DNA of 64,000 nucleotides from Octopus vulgaris (lineage: Eukaryota), in the NCBI GenBank assembly GCA_951406725.2, contig OX597820.1, positions 84,320,001-84,384,000 of the forward strand. The letters run 5' to 3'. Shown here piece by piece: positions 1 through 14,084 of the stretch. The notes beneath the pieces are model-generated. The model did not search any database, was not told where the DNA came from, and was given only the letters and a program-made list of their open reading frames with translations. Numbering within the stretch: the first letter of the stretch is position 1; each line of letters starts with the position of its first letter. A program made the translations under genes and the position numbers.

Positions 1-278
1 ATCTTTATACCTGTGTTCATCCCCGCCACCGCTTGAGAAACGATGTTGGTGCGTGTACGACCCTTTAACAGACCTGTTGTTCAAAAGGGACCGATAGACT
101 ATATCTGTCTCACTTTCAATACCTGTGTATATATAAATTAATATTTAAATATATATCAAGGGCAAACAAGTACGTATACAAGTCGCCTACATGCTTAGAA
201 GAAGACGCCAATACCTAAAATCTTCCTAACATATCACCATAAATTAACACGCGCCGTACTTGTGCGCATAAACGAAAC

Positions 279-304
279 ATATATATACATATATACATAC
301 AAAC

Positions 305-353
<49 letters not shown>

Positions 354-516
354 CATATATATACATATACATACATATACATATATATACATATACATAT
401 ATATATATACATATATATATACATACATATACATATATATACATATACATATACTATACATATACATATATATACATATACATATATATACATATATATA
501 TATATACATATATATA

Positions 517-588
<72 letters not shown>

Positions 589-607
589 TATATACATATA
601 TATATAT

Positions 608-674
<67 letters not shown>

Positions 675-682
675 TGTATGTG

Positions 683-717
<35 letters not shown>

Positions 718-746
718 GCATACAAACATATGGTGTATATATATAT
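279..746. repeat. (TA)n/(TACA)n compound microsatellite
   Basis: Directly visible; explains the YIYI-type ORFs at 215-841. Confidence 0.97.
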
Positions 747-1185
747 GAAGGAGCAAGGATTACGTAGCCAGAAGTGGTATGGTTAATCTTTTCATTGTGC
801 AGATCGATTTGTCTGCACTTGATGCTAGCTTCATGTTTCATTATTTTATTGATGTACTTTTGTGCAGCTAGTCATTGATCACACAATACCTTCTGTTTCT
901 GATTTCAGTTCACACCATTTGAGCCATTGTTAGCCTTCACTTTCGTGATTAATATTATCATTTTACTTATTGTTCGAAAAAGAAACCATTATTTTCTTAA
1001 ACAAGAATTAGTAACAATTCAGAACAGAGCATAAAATGTTCGCAGTTTACACTACGCTGAAATTCTCCACAAGTAATTAAGTTTAACAGATTAAGAGATT
1101 AACTAAATACTAAAGTCTGTGGCAAAAATTGGTAATAAAAAATTGAAATATATAGCAAAATTCATAATATATTTTCGGCGTCATC

Positions 1186-1347
1186 AGGAGTGCTGTGTAG
1201 TAAGAAATTTGCTTCACAATCACATAGTTCCTAGTTCAGTCCCACTGCGTAGCACATCAGTCAGATGCCTTATACTCTAGCCTCGGACTGACCAAATCAT
1301 TGTGAGTGAGCTTAGTTGATGGAAACTGAATAATGCCAGTCATATAT
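1186..1347 (+). mobile_element. tRNA-derived SINE head (family A), degenerate
   Basis: A-box-like gtgtagtaag, B-box-like agttcagtccc, then ...ggaaactgaa ending in TA repeat. Reverse-complement homologues at ~26800-26925 and ~40800-40950. Confidence 0.75.
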
Positions 1348-2025
1348 AAATACATGCATATATATAATAATAATTGAGGAAAGAGATGGATGATAGATTA
1401 ATCATTGATTTTTATTCCGTACGACAATTGTTTCGACCCATCCTGCAAACAGTCTGTCATGGGTAGGATTTTGTGCATCTAATTGTCTTGCATAAATCTG
1501 TGCAGTTTGTGTCACATCCGTTACAGGCATAATGTAGGGGATGATACGCTGGGTGTACTGGTATGTCCTAGACATTTTGCTCGTGTGTCTGCTGTATTTT
1601 GGTTATGGCTGGTTACAGTCGTCCGTGGGTATGCAACATAAAATTAAAATCATACATTCATAAAATATAGAGTACAAATTATCAAAGAAATATTACAAAC
1701 TTGAGTTACGTCTATCTCCCGTTTCTTTCATCCATTATTATTACCATTATCTCAGCTAACAATGCGAAATTCTTGAAGTTAATCTACTGAAATATACGCC
1801 AACCGTGGATGACACTAGGTACGTTCCCACTCGAACTGGGAACGTGCTTTACTCAACATATTTATTGACATACCAATTGAACAGTGGGTTCGATAAAATC
1901 GACATAGTCTCTTACCAAAAATTGTTAGCCTTATGCCAAAATGTGAAACCATTACACGTTATTTCGAAATTGCATTCAGGTTTATTCATCCAGAACATAT
2001 ATCTTTTGATTATATATGGGAAAAA

Positions 2026-2240
2026 AGGCGGCAAGCTGGCAAAATTATTAGCACGCCGGCCAAAATGCTTAGTGGCATTTCGTGCGGCCATACGTTCTGA
2101 GTTTAACTTCTGCCGGGGCCATTTTGTTTCTTATCTTTCGCAGACGATGAAATAATTACCAGTTACGTACTGATGTCGATGTAATTGACTAGCCTACTCC
2201 ACCAACATTTCAGGCCTTCTAGCTATAGTATAAAGTATTA
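2026..2240 (+). mobile_element. tRNA-derived SINE (family B)
   Basis: aggcggcaagctggcaaaa...gttctgagtttaac...; clearly homologous to many other copies in the window (5805, 19345, 21260, 55820, 56100, 57780, 57990). Confidence 0.8.
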
Positions 2241-2376
2241 TATATGGGTCATTCCTTTGCTACAAATATTATGAATGCAAACGCGTGTCTTTAGTATGTC
2301 CAATAAGTTGACTTATGCACAATTAGTATATCGGATATAATAGTATGCGCTCTTCTCTCCCTTCCCCTCTCTCTGT

Positions 2377-2390
2377 TTATATATATATAC

Positions 2391-2421
<31 letters not shown>

Positions 2422-2590
2422 CATATATATACATATATATATATACATATATATACACATATATATATATACATATATATACATATATATATATATACAT
2501 ATATATATACATATATATATATATACATATATATATACATACATATATATATACATATATATAGATATATATATATATGGGTGTGTGTGA
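2377..2590. repeat. (TA)n/(TACA)n microsatellite abutting the 3' end of the PLE
   Basis: Directly visible. Confidence 0.95.
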
Positions 2591-2742
2591 TTGTGTATAG
2601 AAGAATATATTAATAAAAAGAATTCCAACCTTGTCTGATTTTCACGTTTTATTTACAATCGTATAATGATATATTATAAGATAATATATTATAATTGAAT
2701 AAAATAAAATGAAATAGTAGAATGTTAAATATTCATTCTGAT

Positions 2743-2787
2743 TGAACTAGTACTTTCATGCATTGAATTCTGCAATCTTCGGGTTCA
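2743..2787 (-). ncRNA. Minimal type-I hammerhead ribozyme motif of the PLE 3' region (slightly mutated)
   Basis: Minus strand reads TGAAC-CCGAAGA-T-TGCA-gaattcaa-TGCA-T-GAAA-GTAC-TA-GTTCA: 5-bp stem I, core with U4>C, stem II, palindromic stem III (AGTACT). Confidence 0.8.
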
Positions 2788-3281
2788 TGTAGTAGTGTTG
2801 ACAGTCATGCTTCACAATTTTTGACTGTAGCAAGATGAGTGATTCTGTGCTATAAATACAGCTGGGTAGGCTCCAGAGTGCTAGGTTTTGCAAACTGTAT
2901 TCTGACCAATCAGTGTGTAGTATCACTCAATTACTTAAGCTGATTGGTTGGTTGAGCTGATTGGTTTAGGCATCACGCTTTGTTGGACAGGTCAAGAGTC
3001 CTGTATCTTGACCCTGGCCGAAGCAGCAATTGTTGGGTTATTTTTAGAAATGTTGTAAATATCCTTTGTCAGAGATTTTTATATTTTTATATTTCAATTG
3101 TCATCATCATCATTGTCAGCACCTTAATTATTGTTGCTAGTGGTGATGGTGGTGGCAATAGAACTTTTAACCCTAAACAAGATAATTTTCCTGCTATCTT
3201 CGTCTTGATCACCTTTAGTATTGTTGTTGTTGTTAGTGGTCATGGTCGTAGCAGTGGAAGTAATACCTCTAAGTATTATTA

Positions 3282-4382
3282 TTATTGCTTATTTAGCTTG
3301 GGTTCGAATTTATCAATAAAATTCTTTTCTCTGATTTTCCTCTCGATTTCACTTGGGCTGTGTAATTTGTAGAATGGAAATATTATATATATTTTCCGAC
3401 CACATGTTGCTAGGTGGTTACTCAAAGGTATCTGACGGACCTCTGGGTCTCTAATCTGTTGCCGGTGTACACGTGAGCGTTCTAATAGTGCGTTTCCCGT
3501 CTGACCTACATATATTTCTTCACAATTTGGGCATTTGATGCAGTAAATTAAATTTCTGCTTTTGCAGTTCATATTCGCGTTTGTGAATATTTTCCCGGTT
3601 TTTGTGTTTATATATTGACCGGTATGTATGAATTGGCATGTGCCACATCGGCTATCATTGCATTTAGATACCGTGAATGTTTGGTCTTTGTTGCTGAGGT
3701 CAAAGTTTGCCTTTGTTAGTAATGTTTTCAAGTTTTTAGGCTGTCTTTTACTAAGCACCATAGCTCGATCCTTGATTATGTCTTTTAATTCATTACTTTG
3801 GGCAATGATTGGTAGGTTTGCTTTGGCAATGTTGAAGATATTCTGGTGACATGGGTTGTGTGTCACTATGAATGGTATGACTTGTTCTTGTTTTCCTCTT
3901 CCTTGGGTTGTCCTAAGTTGTTGTATAGGTATTTTTATAGCCCGCTGTATGCCATTTTCTATAAGTAGAGATGGGTATTTTTGTTTGAGCAAAAATTCTC
4001 TTAGTTCTATTAGGCGTTTGTTCCTGATATTTGCATCTTCTACAATAGTACAAATTCTTCTGGCTAGGCAGTATGGGATGTTACGTTTTGTATGTGGTGG
4101 ATGGCACGACTTAAAATTTAGGTATTAATGTGTGTCTGTGTGTTTATAGTATATATCTGTGGTGATGGTGGTGTCTTTTTTAATTACCATTATATCCAGG
4201 AATGGTAATTTGGTACTACTCATCTCCTTTGTAAATTTGAGAGATGGGTGTAGGTTGTTCAGGAGGATATTGAACTCTTCCAGAGTATTTAGAGATTCTG
4301 TCCAGATTATGAAACAGTCGCCTAGGTATCTCTTCCATGCCTTTTCAATATACTTTCTAAATCCAGTGCCATAGTTTACCAT
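3282..4382 (-). pseudogene. PLE reverse transcriptase/GIY-YIG ORF remnant
   Basis: ORFs 4125-4382 and 3282-3992 are in one frame, split by a TAA at 4125-4127. Catalytic YLDD reads YLGD. N-terminal RT is missing. Confidence 0.9.
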
Positions 4383-4386
4383 AGTT

Positions 4387-5506
<1,120 letters not shown>

Positions 5507-5804
5507 ACCAGCTAATTTCCACAGGAAATTTCGTTATACATTTTTTGCTTGTACAGATATTAATCAATATATACGTAACTTTATTTTTCTGTGTGCGTCT
5601 GTATTGCAAGTGGCAGACATTCCATAAGTTAGAAAATTAATATTCATTTGGTTCATTGATATAGGACATTATTTCCGGATCGAAGTTATAATCATAAGAA
5701 CGGTAATTTTGGAGCCGGTAACTCCAAAAACTTAGCCCCATCCCTGAAATTATGGCCTCGTGCAAACATTTGAAATAATCATTATCATCATCATCATCAT
5801 CCTC

Positions 5805-5940
5805 ATGACGTTGAGCAGCCAGAATGTTTAGTGAATCGGATAAAGTACTTAGCGGTATTTCTTCCATCTTTTGATACATCTCAGTTCAAATGTTACCGTT
5901 GTCGACTTTGCACTTCAACATTTCGGTGTCGATAAATTAT
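5805..5940 (+). mobile_element. SINE family B fragment
   Basis: gagcagccagaatgtttag...cttagcggtatttc...gttcaaat...gtcgactttgc...gtcgataaatt matches the 2026 and 19345 copies. Confidence 0.7.
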
Positions 5941-8900
5941 ATAATTTGATAGAAATGCTTTCTTCTTTAGATGTTTTCTATGATATATTTTCTATGACAA
6001 TGCTGGATTTTATTACAGTCTTTAATAAATACAGTGCTCTAATCACGTCTGTTAACATACCAGATAATTACAGCTCCTTGATATCCAATTGGATGTTAAT
6101 AATTTGCGGAAATTTTCTGTACAAGTATTTAAGGAATGAATTACGGTAATAGCAGTGATTACAAATAATAAGTGTTATGATATATACTCATTTCAAACGT
6201 ATATATCCTTACTACTGCATGCCTACAAAATATGTAGGTATTTGGTTTAGTGTTTTGCTTGTGGAGAAATTTTAAAAAGGAACATGTCGTCCTTATCTTC
6301 TCAGTGATTCATAACGTCCTCGGATGCTCCAAGAACCAATTGTGTAGAAAATTGTTGTAAACCATCCAGTAATCTTCTCCCTTAACTTCGCACATTTTTC
6401 TCTCAAACTTGGTTTTGATATTTCTCAGACTATGGGATTCAGTGATATAGTTTCTAATACTCGAATGTCAAGTAATGATATTCTTATGGTAGTGGATCTT
6501 CATGTCTCAAATTGTTTCAGTGGTGTGATTAGGACCTGTAGTGTAACAACATAATAATATGTAACTATTATACGTCATGACAGCCTATATGTCATGCTTA
6601 GAACATCTCTTATTGCTTAGTATACAACAGTTTCGCTAATATCCCATTGCGTACGCTTTACAAACACTCATGCCAATTTGTTTTACCGTTTTTGCGCTTT
6701 TTTATGCGCTTGCTAATAATACTATTAAGATTATGTTTATGATAGAAATGATTGAAATAGAAAGGACGTGGACGCTTAAAGAAACAGCTGTTCCTGTTAT
6801 TTTACGTGACCCAGGTATGATAAATAAGGGTTGGTAGAAACATATAAATAACATCACAGGAGAACCATGTCTCTGAAAAATCCAGAAGATTTTGTTGATC
6901 AATTCTGTCCACATTCTTAGAAAAACCACGAAGATATTTCTCATCTGTCCAACTCTCCAACCTTTCCGTCATACTGCATCATCTCTTATCCTTCACGTAT
7001 CCTAGGGCTCTGGTTTTTTTCTTGACAAGCGATTAAAACAAACATGCAGACTGAAAGTAATAAACAACAACAACAACAACAACAATAATAACAACAAAAG
7101 TTTTGATAGTAGTACGTGTAGTGGTGACAAAATAATAACAAAAATAACAATGATAATAATAATAACTATCATCATCATCATCACCATCATCACCATCATT
7201 CTCATTATCCTCCTTATCCTCATCATCATCATGGTAACATTATTAGTATTGCAAAAATCGATGCTGAGCATGGAAAAAGTAGTAAATATGAAATATTTAA
7301 TATTTGCAATACATGAGAAAAATAAAACCAACGAACAGAAAATCAGCCAGCTGTCGATTTTATTGCATATTTTATCTTAGTCCCAAATATGCAAATACAA
7401 ACACATATGATGTATTGAAACATATAGTCGAAGATACATTCACACACAAACTCTTATACATATCTATATAGACACCACCACACTAAAAAAGATACTCACA
7501 CACACACCCATATATATATATATATAAACATATACGCGCGCACACATGCATTTATATATTTATACATAAACAAATATACATGTACATTCGCCCCTAGAAT
7601 TATACGAACCAGACAGACTCATATGTGCTGCATGATTTCAGTCAGCCAATGATTTGCTTGAAACGTAGCGAGAATAAAGAGTCGTAAAATACGAGTTTAA
7701 TAGCCTGGAAATTTAAATTTCTTTGTTATTGCAATTTATTTTATGCCGAGTTGTCTCAAATGGTATAGGTATTCGAGTCGGTTATGAAAGACTTTCGTTA
7801 TCAACCGATAAAATTGAAAAAAAAAAATCTCTAGGACTTTTTTCTAGGAAACATTTCTAAATGTGCAAGTATTGTGTTCTTTAATTCGTTTTTATTTCTT
7901 ATTTTACACGTTATAAAATATTTTTCACTCGATATTCTCCCATATCATCATACCTGTTTAACTTTGAATAATATTACCTCGGCGATACAAGCAGCCATAT
8001 TGAAACATATATTCTATTTGTTAATACTTTTAACATATAGTTGTACACTGTCCTTTTGAGAAAAATAATTGCTTACAGAAAGTGTAACTATATGTGCGAG
8101 ACCGTGTAGTCCTATAAATAGCAGTTTTCTACGATATTCTGCAATAAGATTTCAGTACTCATTTGAAGTATTTTCATGGCCTACACCTCCATCTCATACA
8201 TACTATTTGTTGTACATCTAATACGTGTATAATTCTGTGTCCTATTCTGCAATCATCCGACAGCCAGTAATTGTTGGAGAAGCATTTGCAAATACATGAA
8301 AACTTCTATTTCGATTTCCTTTATTTAAATAATAGCTCAATGTCCCTAAATGCACATGTTGTTCCATAGCATGTTGTATTCATGATCCCAAGCTAGAGGT
8401 CGTTGGTGCGCTAATCTTAGCGTTGAACTGACGTGATACAACATTATCATAATAATGGATATATATATTTAAGTTAAACATCGCAGTAGAGATGAAGCAA
8501 ACAATAGATCTAATGTTTTAGATTTCATAATTCTGAAAATTAGAACTAAGTTATCATATAGTTGTAACAAAAGTTAAAACGCGTTTGTTGTATGGCGAAG
8601 TCAATCAAACAAGAAATAGGAAGACAAGTTTGATACATAGACACACACGTGCACGTATACATGTATGCATAAACACTCACACAAACACACACACACACAT
8701 ATATGATCCAAATTACTCAATTTTTCCTGTATTTCTTAATTTTTTGAAAATACATTAACATCAAAACACCGAAAACATATTACCTGAATGAGTGGAGCTG
8801 GTATATTTAGCTTCGTATTATAACCAAAGTCTGTAAATTATTGCACACCATAATAGAAAATAATACTACACATTAACGCCAGCATCCTTATTAGCTCACT

Positions 8901-9959
8901 AATAGTCTTAATCCACACAAGTATGTGATCTTTTGTCAAAGTTTACAAAAGTTGTGTGGCCTCCAAACTTTTTCGAATGTGAGCTGCAATGGCTATTAGG
9001 TTTGCAACATGAAATAAGCTGCTTTGTTTACCTAAAATTATCAATTGCGCCTCAGTTAGCGTAACAAAGCGATGGTCATGTTATAGCAAATCTGCTTCAT
9101 TGCCATTTCAACGGTGCCTGACGCTGGACATTTGAGTGCTGGAATGTGCTTTCGCATTAATAAAATCTTATCTGCGAAAGAATATAAAATGCTTTCTCGA
9201 GAAAGAAATAAGCTTCAATCGAAGCAGTATTTATTAGATTTGTTATTGCATTTGTGGATTAGTTTTCCAAGACAATGCAGTTAATTTTACCCTATATACA
9301 CATACCAATAAACGTGTTTGTACACGTATTGATACATTTCGTTCTCCCAGAGCATACACTGAATCATTATAACTTAATATCCAAGTGGCAACGAAAGCTT
9401 TAATACTGATATCACGATAAAATTTTAAATCAGTTGCTGACCTCTTGTGGTAGCTCCCGTCTGTTTCGACACATGAGTGTTTGAAGAAAAGCATTAGAAA
9501 AAAATAACAAAGAACAAAGAAAACACATGTTTATATATACAAAATTGGTATCTATTTGCGCTGGATGAGTGAGTGTAATTCCAGTCCAGGTATGGGTTTT
9601 GCTATGAAGTCATAATGGAAAAAAACAATGATTTTTTATTTTATTTAGGCTGGGATTGAATGAATGTGTCTGTTGATTGCAGGATATATTCTCTTAGTGT
9701 TCTGTTTCTACAACTCAAATTGTTTAGATGCGTTATGACGCATTTTACGTCACTCAGGACAATCTAGGCCATACGTTACTCAACATATAAAATAAAGCTC
9801 TAGGTATTTTAGCGGTTGTTTCAGATTTTCCTCATACATGTCTACCTGACCTCGGAATCCCTCTCACAACAGGTATATATTTCATCCACCCAGAAAAGAC
9901 GAAAGGTGACGTGAACCTTGGTGGAATTTGAACTCAGAACAGGAAGCCGGATAAAATGT

Positions 9960-10966
9960 GACTGAGGAGAATCAGACTTGTACTGAAGACTGAACGCAAC
10001 TCTGAAAGTCACAACGAAGCCATTAATAACCCGGTACTTTCAGTAGTCCAGTACAGTTTCAACATCGTTAACTGGAAACCTATGGAAGTCCAGTGACTGG
10101 ACAAGTCAACTATTGACATCCAAGAATACACACCAATCTAAGTCTGACGTAGACTGTCTGTATCTAGCTAGAACAGTGGTAGAAGAGAAATGACGCATTT
10201 AAAAGTGTGCTATAAGACCTCCACTATAAGAATGAACAGATACTCATCTAGAACAGAAGAGTGAATGCTGCAAATTGTGTGCAAACACGAAGGCAGCAGA
10301 AACTCACACTCTATTGTCAAAGAATACTATAAATTGGAAATGGAACACGGCATCAACTCTGAATCAGACAGGATCCTTAAACTACTACTACCAAGTGATC
10401 AAAAAAATCAAGCAGACTGCAAAAAATAACGGGGAGAAACAAATTGAAATCTGCTTGAGCCAGCAGCCCCTATATTAACATTCTCCGAAACCAAAATGCT
10501 AAAATACGTCAAGCAACAACCCATAAGTGATTGAGGAACTCAGGATTGAAAGCAGAAATGAAAAGCTACATACTGGCAGCACATGATCAAAGCTAGTTTA
10601 CTAGAAATTGTCATGCTATCATTCTCCAAAACTATACTGGCACTATATACAGATTCTGTGACACATTTGACAAAACAATTGATCATCCCGTTTTGGGATG
10701 TCCTGTTCTGACACCAAGTGAGTATTTACATTGGAAAATATATAAACACTACTTAATCGGAACCCCAAGTTACTGGTAAGAACATTATCCTGAGCGGTTG
10801 TTGAAGGTAAAAATGTCACTATCCTCTTGGATTTTCCAGTTCACACTGATAGAACCATCCAGGCTTATCGACCAGACATAACGCTTAAAGACAAGGAAGG
10901 AATTACTTGCAGACTAATAGATGTAAGTATTCCCTCTGATAAAAATATATCTGTAAAGGATATATA
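9960..10966 (+). mobile_element. R4/Dong-clade (RLE endonuclease) non-LTR retrotransposon fragment, degenerate
   Basis: 3' part translates to ..LLDFPVHTDRTIQAYRPDITLKDKEGITCRLIDVSIPSDKNISVK, the PD-(D/E)xK RLE signature. Upstream zinc-knuckle remnant and many stops. Confidence 0.78.
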
Positions 10967-11731
10967 TCTCTATATATAAAACTGAAATGCGTTTTACCGC
11001 TTGGATCGCTTTCAATGCCACTACATCCCGTCCGATTCGCTCCAAAATTTACAGGGACATGTAGAATGAGGTGACGAAGCTCGTGGCCTACCTTAGAAAT
11101 CCCTATCTTAAAGGTGTGGTTGCTAGGGGCCATCTTACTCACACACGCTATTCCCTCCAATACCCTCTCACTCCTCTTCATTATAACTTTGAAAATTCCA
11201 CTACCGTTAATTAAAGTATCTGTCACTCTCGCAATTTCCTCTCTTTTTCACTGACTCTGTTTCTTACCTTCCCATCACTTCGGCGGCGTTCTTTTAAGTA
11301 TCTGTCTGTCACCAACAACACACGAGCATGAGAACAAATATTATGAATCAGATTTTCTTGTGTTCATTTATATGTGTGTGTGTTCTGTATATAAATATGT
11401 ATATATAATGTATGTGTGTGTGTGTGTGTGTGTTCTATATATAAATATGTATATATAATGTATGTGTGTGTGTGTGTTCTATATATAAATATGTATATAT
11501 ACAAAGTGTATATATCTGTATTTATGTATATTAAACTTTTTCATACTTTTTCATAGTTATATATATTTTTAAACACATTATAAATATAATTTAATAATTT
11601 TTATTTTCAATTTAAATAATTTAAATTTTTCAATTTTATATTTTATATATTTTCTATATTATATATTTTTTTAATGTTTTTGTTTTTGGTTTTTCACTTT
11701 TTGATTTGCCTATTAGTGGTTTTATCTCTAA

Positions 11732-12126
11732 CTAGCAGTATCGCCCGGCGTTGCTCGGGTTTGTAAGGGAAATAACTATTAAACATTTTTAGAGAGTTAT
11801 AGCCAAAGAATAGCAAAAAATGCATTCAAAATGGAAAAAAAATTATGGTAATTTTTTTTTAAAATCGTTGACTCATCGTAGACATTTTTAGAGAGTTACT
11901 TCCCTTTATTTAAAAAATATGCGTTAAAATGGAAAAAAATAATGGTAAATTATTTTTAAAATCGTAGACTCATCGTAGACGCGCGTTAATACCCAGAAGG
12001 GCTCGATATGTATCACGACTATAAGATACCCGGTTTTGGTTAAACTGCATTGCAAAATGTGGGAGTATTTAGGAATCTAAGTCGGAGAGACAGACACTCA
12101 CACAACTTAACTTTTATATATAAAGA
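11732..12126 (-). mobile_element. Non-autonomous Helitron (inner)
   Basis: Minus strand starts A|TCTTTATATATAAAAG and ends CCCGAGCAACGCCGGG-cgatactg-CTAG|T: canonical TC...hairpin-CTAG, inserted between A and T with no TSD. Confidence 0.82.
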
Positions 12127-12202
12127 TTTAATTTATACAGATATATATCTCATTTGTATACATTTGTATATATATAATGCGTGCACACACACATACACAC
12201 AC

Positions 12203-12233
<31 letters not shown>

Positions 12234-13036
12234 ATGTGTGCATTACGTAGTCGGTCGATTCAGCTGAAAATGTGCACACCTATGTTAAAAGAGTTGGCAA
12301 GTTTGCATGACAACTATTTTTTTCCTCAAATGAAAGGCGTGACCTCTAGGACAACATTCCTAATCTTATAAAATGTGGACCCAGTAGACCCGAATGAAAT
12401 CGGGTTATATTAACCAAAATGTGAAAAGGGGTCTAAATGGGGCTGGAAGGGGATTAAAATTCCAAGGAGCGGGTGTTTAGGAATTCTCTGTTACATCAAG
12501 CTAAAAAAGTTGCGCCAGCCTTTTAATCGTCAATGTGTTGCCGTCCATGATAAAGAAGTTTTGAATGCTTGCCATGGTGAGTCTACTGTCGTGAGAAAGA
12601 ATCACTTCAAAACTTGGTGTTTACGAATTTTCTTTTACATCAAGTTCAAAATTTTACGCCAGCCGTTAAACTGTCAATACGTTGTGTGCGTCGTTAAGAA
12701 ATGCCAGTCATGGTGACTCTACTATCCTCAGATTCTATCCCTTCAAACTTTGGTTTCCAATATTTTATTATTTTTATTCAGCTCGCAAGTTCGTCTGTCC
12801 CTTTTAAATGTTAGCGTTTTGCTGTCTGCCTTGAAGCAGACCTTTCCGTTGCCACTGCCTGATATTTATGATTGATCTTTCTAAATATTTTATTTCTCAA
12901 CTTACTCAAGATCTTCTGTTGTTTATAAATGGGAGAGAGATAGAGAGTAAGAGAAAGCGAGGGAGAGTCCGAGAAAAAAGAAAAGTAAGAGAGTGGGAAA
13001 GTGAGAGAGAAAGGAGAGAGAAACAAAGACGGAGAA

Positions 13037-13347
13037 TCATCATCATCATCATCGTTTAACGTCCGTTTTCCGTGCTAGCACGGGTTGGACAGTGTGATCG
13101 GGGTCTGGGAAGCCAGGAGGCTGCACCAGGCTCCAGTCTGATCTGGCAGTGTTTCTACAGGTTGATGACCTTCCTAACGCCAACCACTCTGTGAGTGTAG
13201 TGGGTACTTTTTTCGTGCCGCCGGCACAGGTGCCAGGGGAGCTCGCAGCGACAACGATCGTTTGGTGCTTTTTACGTGCCACCGGCAAAGAAGCAAGTCA
13301 AGGCGACGCTGCAATCGGCCACGTTCGCATGGTGCTTTTTACGTGCT
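13037..13347 (-). mobile_element. SINE/LINE 3'-end-type repeat with (GAT)n tail
   Basis: (CAT)n-cgtttaacgtccgttttcc...ccttcctaacgccaacc, GC-richer than the flanks, with internal subrepeats (gtgctttttacgtgc). Confidence 0.6.
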
Positions 13348-13413
13348 GAAAGGAAGCAACAGAAAGTAACAACCACACTCTTACCCGCGCGTAGAGCGGG
13401 TCACCTTCAGCTA

Positions 13414-13466
<53 letters not shown>

Positions 13467-13595
13467 GATAAATCTCAGAGCGAGTTATAAACAGTAGCGG
13501 CAACACATCGTGACGTATATTTGCCATTTGAATATGGCTATCCCCTAAGGGTGGATGCTACTGTAGATTGTAGCCCCAGGAAGACACCTCCTCCA

Positions 13596-13700
13596 GCTGG
13601 CTATAGACACACTTTCTGTGCCCTATCAGTATCTGTGAAGGGAGGGATGACTTCCCTTCACAGATACTGATAGGGCACAGAAAGTGTGTCTATAGCCAGC
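13596..13700. repeat. Perfect 48-bp inverted repeat with 9-nt loop
   Basis: 13596-13643 is the exact reverse complement of 13653-13700. Confidence 0.97.
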
Positions 13701-14084
13701 ATATCGAAACGTACATTGTCACAGTGATTTCTTTCCTTTTCTCTTACATATTTTTTGTCTTCTTTATATTCATTTTTTTTCTAGTTCTTCTCTTATTCAT
13801 TTTCTTCCTTTCTTTCTCTACCTCTTTTTCTACCGTATGAGTTTGTAAATGAACAGTTTGGTATGTTTGTTTTAATGGCCTGCTAATGTGTACAGTGAGT
13901 TTTTTGCTCCCATATGTCGGAAAGACACTCGGCAGGAGATGGAAACTAAATTGAAAGAGGATACTACTACTACTACTACTACTACTACTATCACTACTAC
14001 ACGACAATAATAATAATGTTAATGGTAATAATAATAAAACAACATCAACAAGAGCACTCAGAGAGCGCAAAACTCCGTTAGTGT

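Larger units (their letters stand above)
2590..4386 (-). mobile_element. 5'-truncated Penelope-like retroelement (Neptune-type) with 3' pLTR-like region, flanked on both sides by TA microsatellites
   Basis: RT C-terminus (KRYLGDCFIIW, LPFLDIMV, DIYYKHTDTH), thumb (SCHP..TKRNIPY), Cys-rich linker (CNDSRCGTC) and GIY-YIG endonuclease (LIYCIKCPNCEEIYVGQT..LLERSRVH); hammerhead motif in the downstream non-coding part. Confidence 0.92.
10967..13414 (+). mobile_element. Non-autonomous Helitron (outer), containing nested elements
   Basis: 5' A|TCTCTATATATAAAA at 10967; 3' hairpin ACCCGC-gcgtaga-GCGGGT (13383-13401) followed by CTAG|T at 13411-13414. Pairing of these two ends is inferred. Confidence 0.6.

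Noticed and set aside
1805-2155. 116-aa ORF
   Set aside because: The 3' half is a SINE copy; no protein motif.
2980-3372. 130-aa hydrophobic ORF that looks like a membrane protein
   Set aside because: Antisense to the PLE 3' end and driven by GTT/ATC-rich low complexity.
5637-6149. ORFs 5637-5879 (-) and 5871-6149 (+)
   Set aside because: Both overlap a SINE and/or a (CAT)n repeat; no recognisable domain.
6781-6796. GAAACAGCTGTT hammerhead-like 3' half
   Set aside because: No upstream CUGANGA or stem II found.
13660-13680. CTGATAGGG resembling HCV-type IRES domain IIIe
   Set aside because: Not conserved in the homologous 25.9-kb copy, and there is no downstream ORF.
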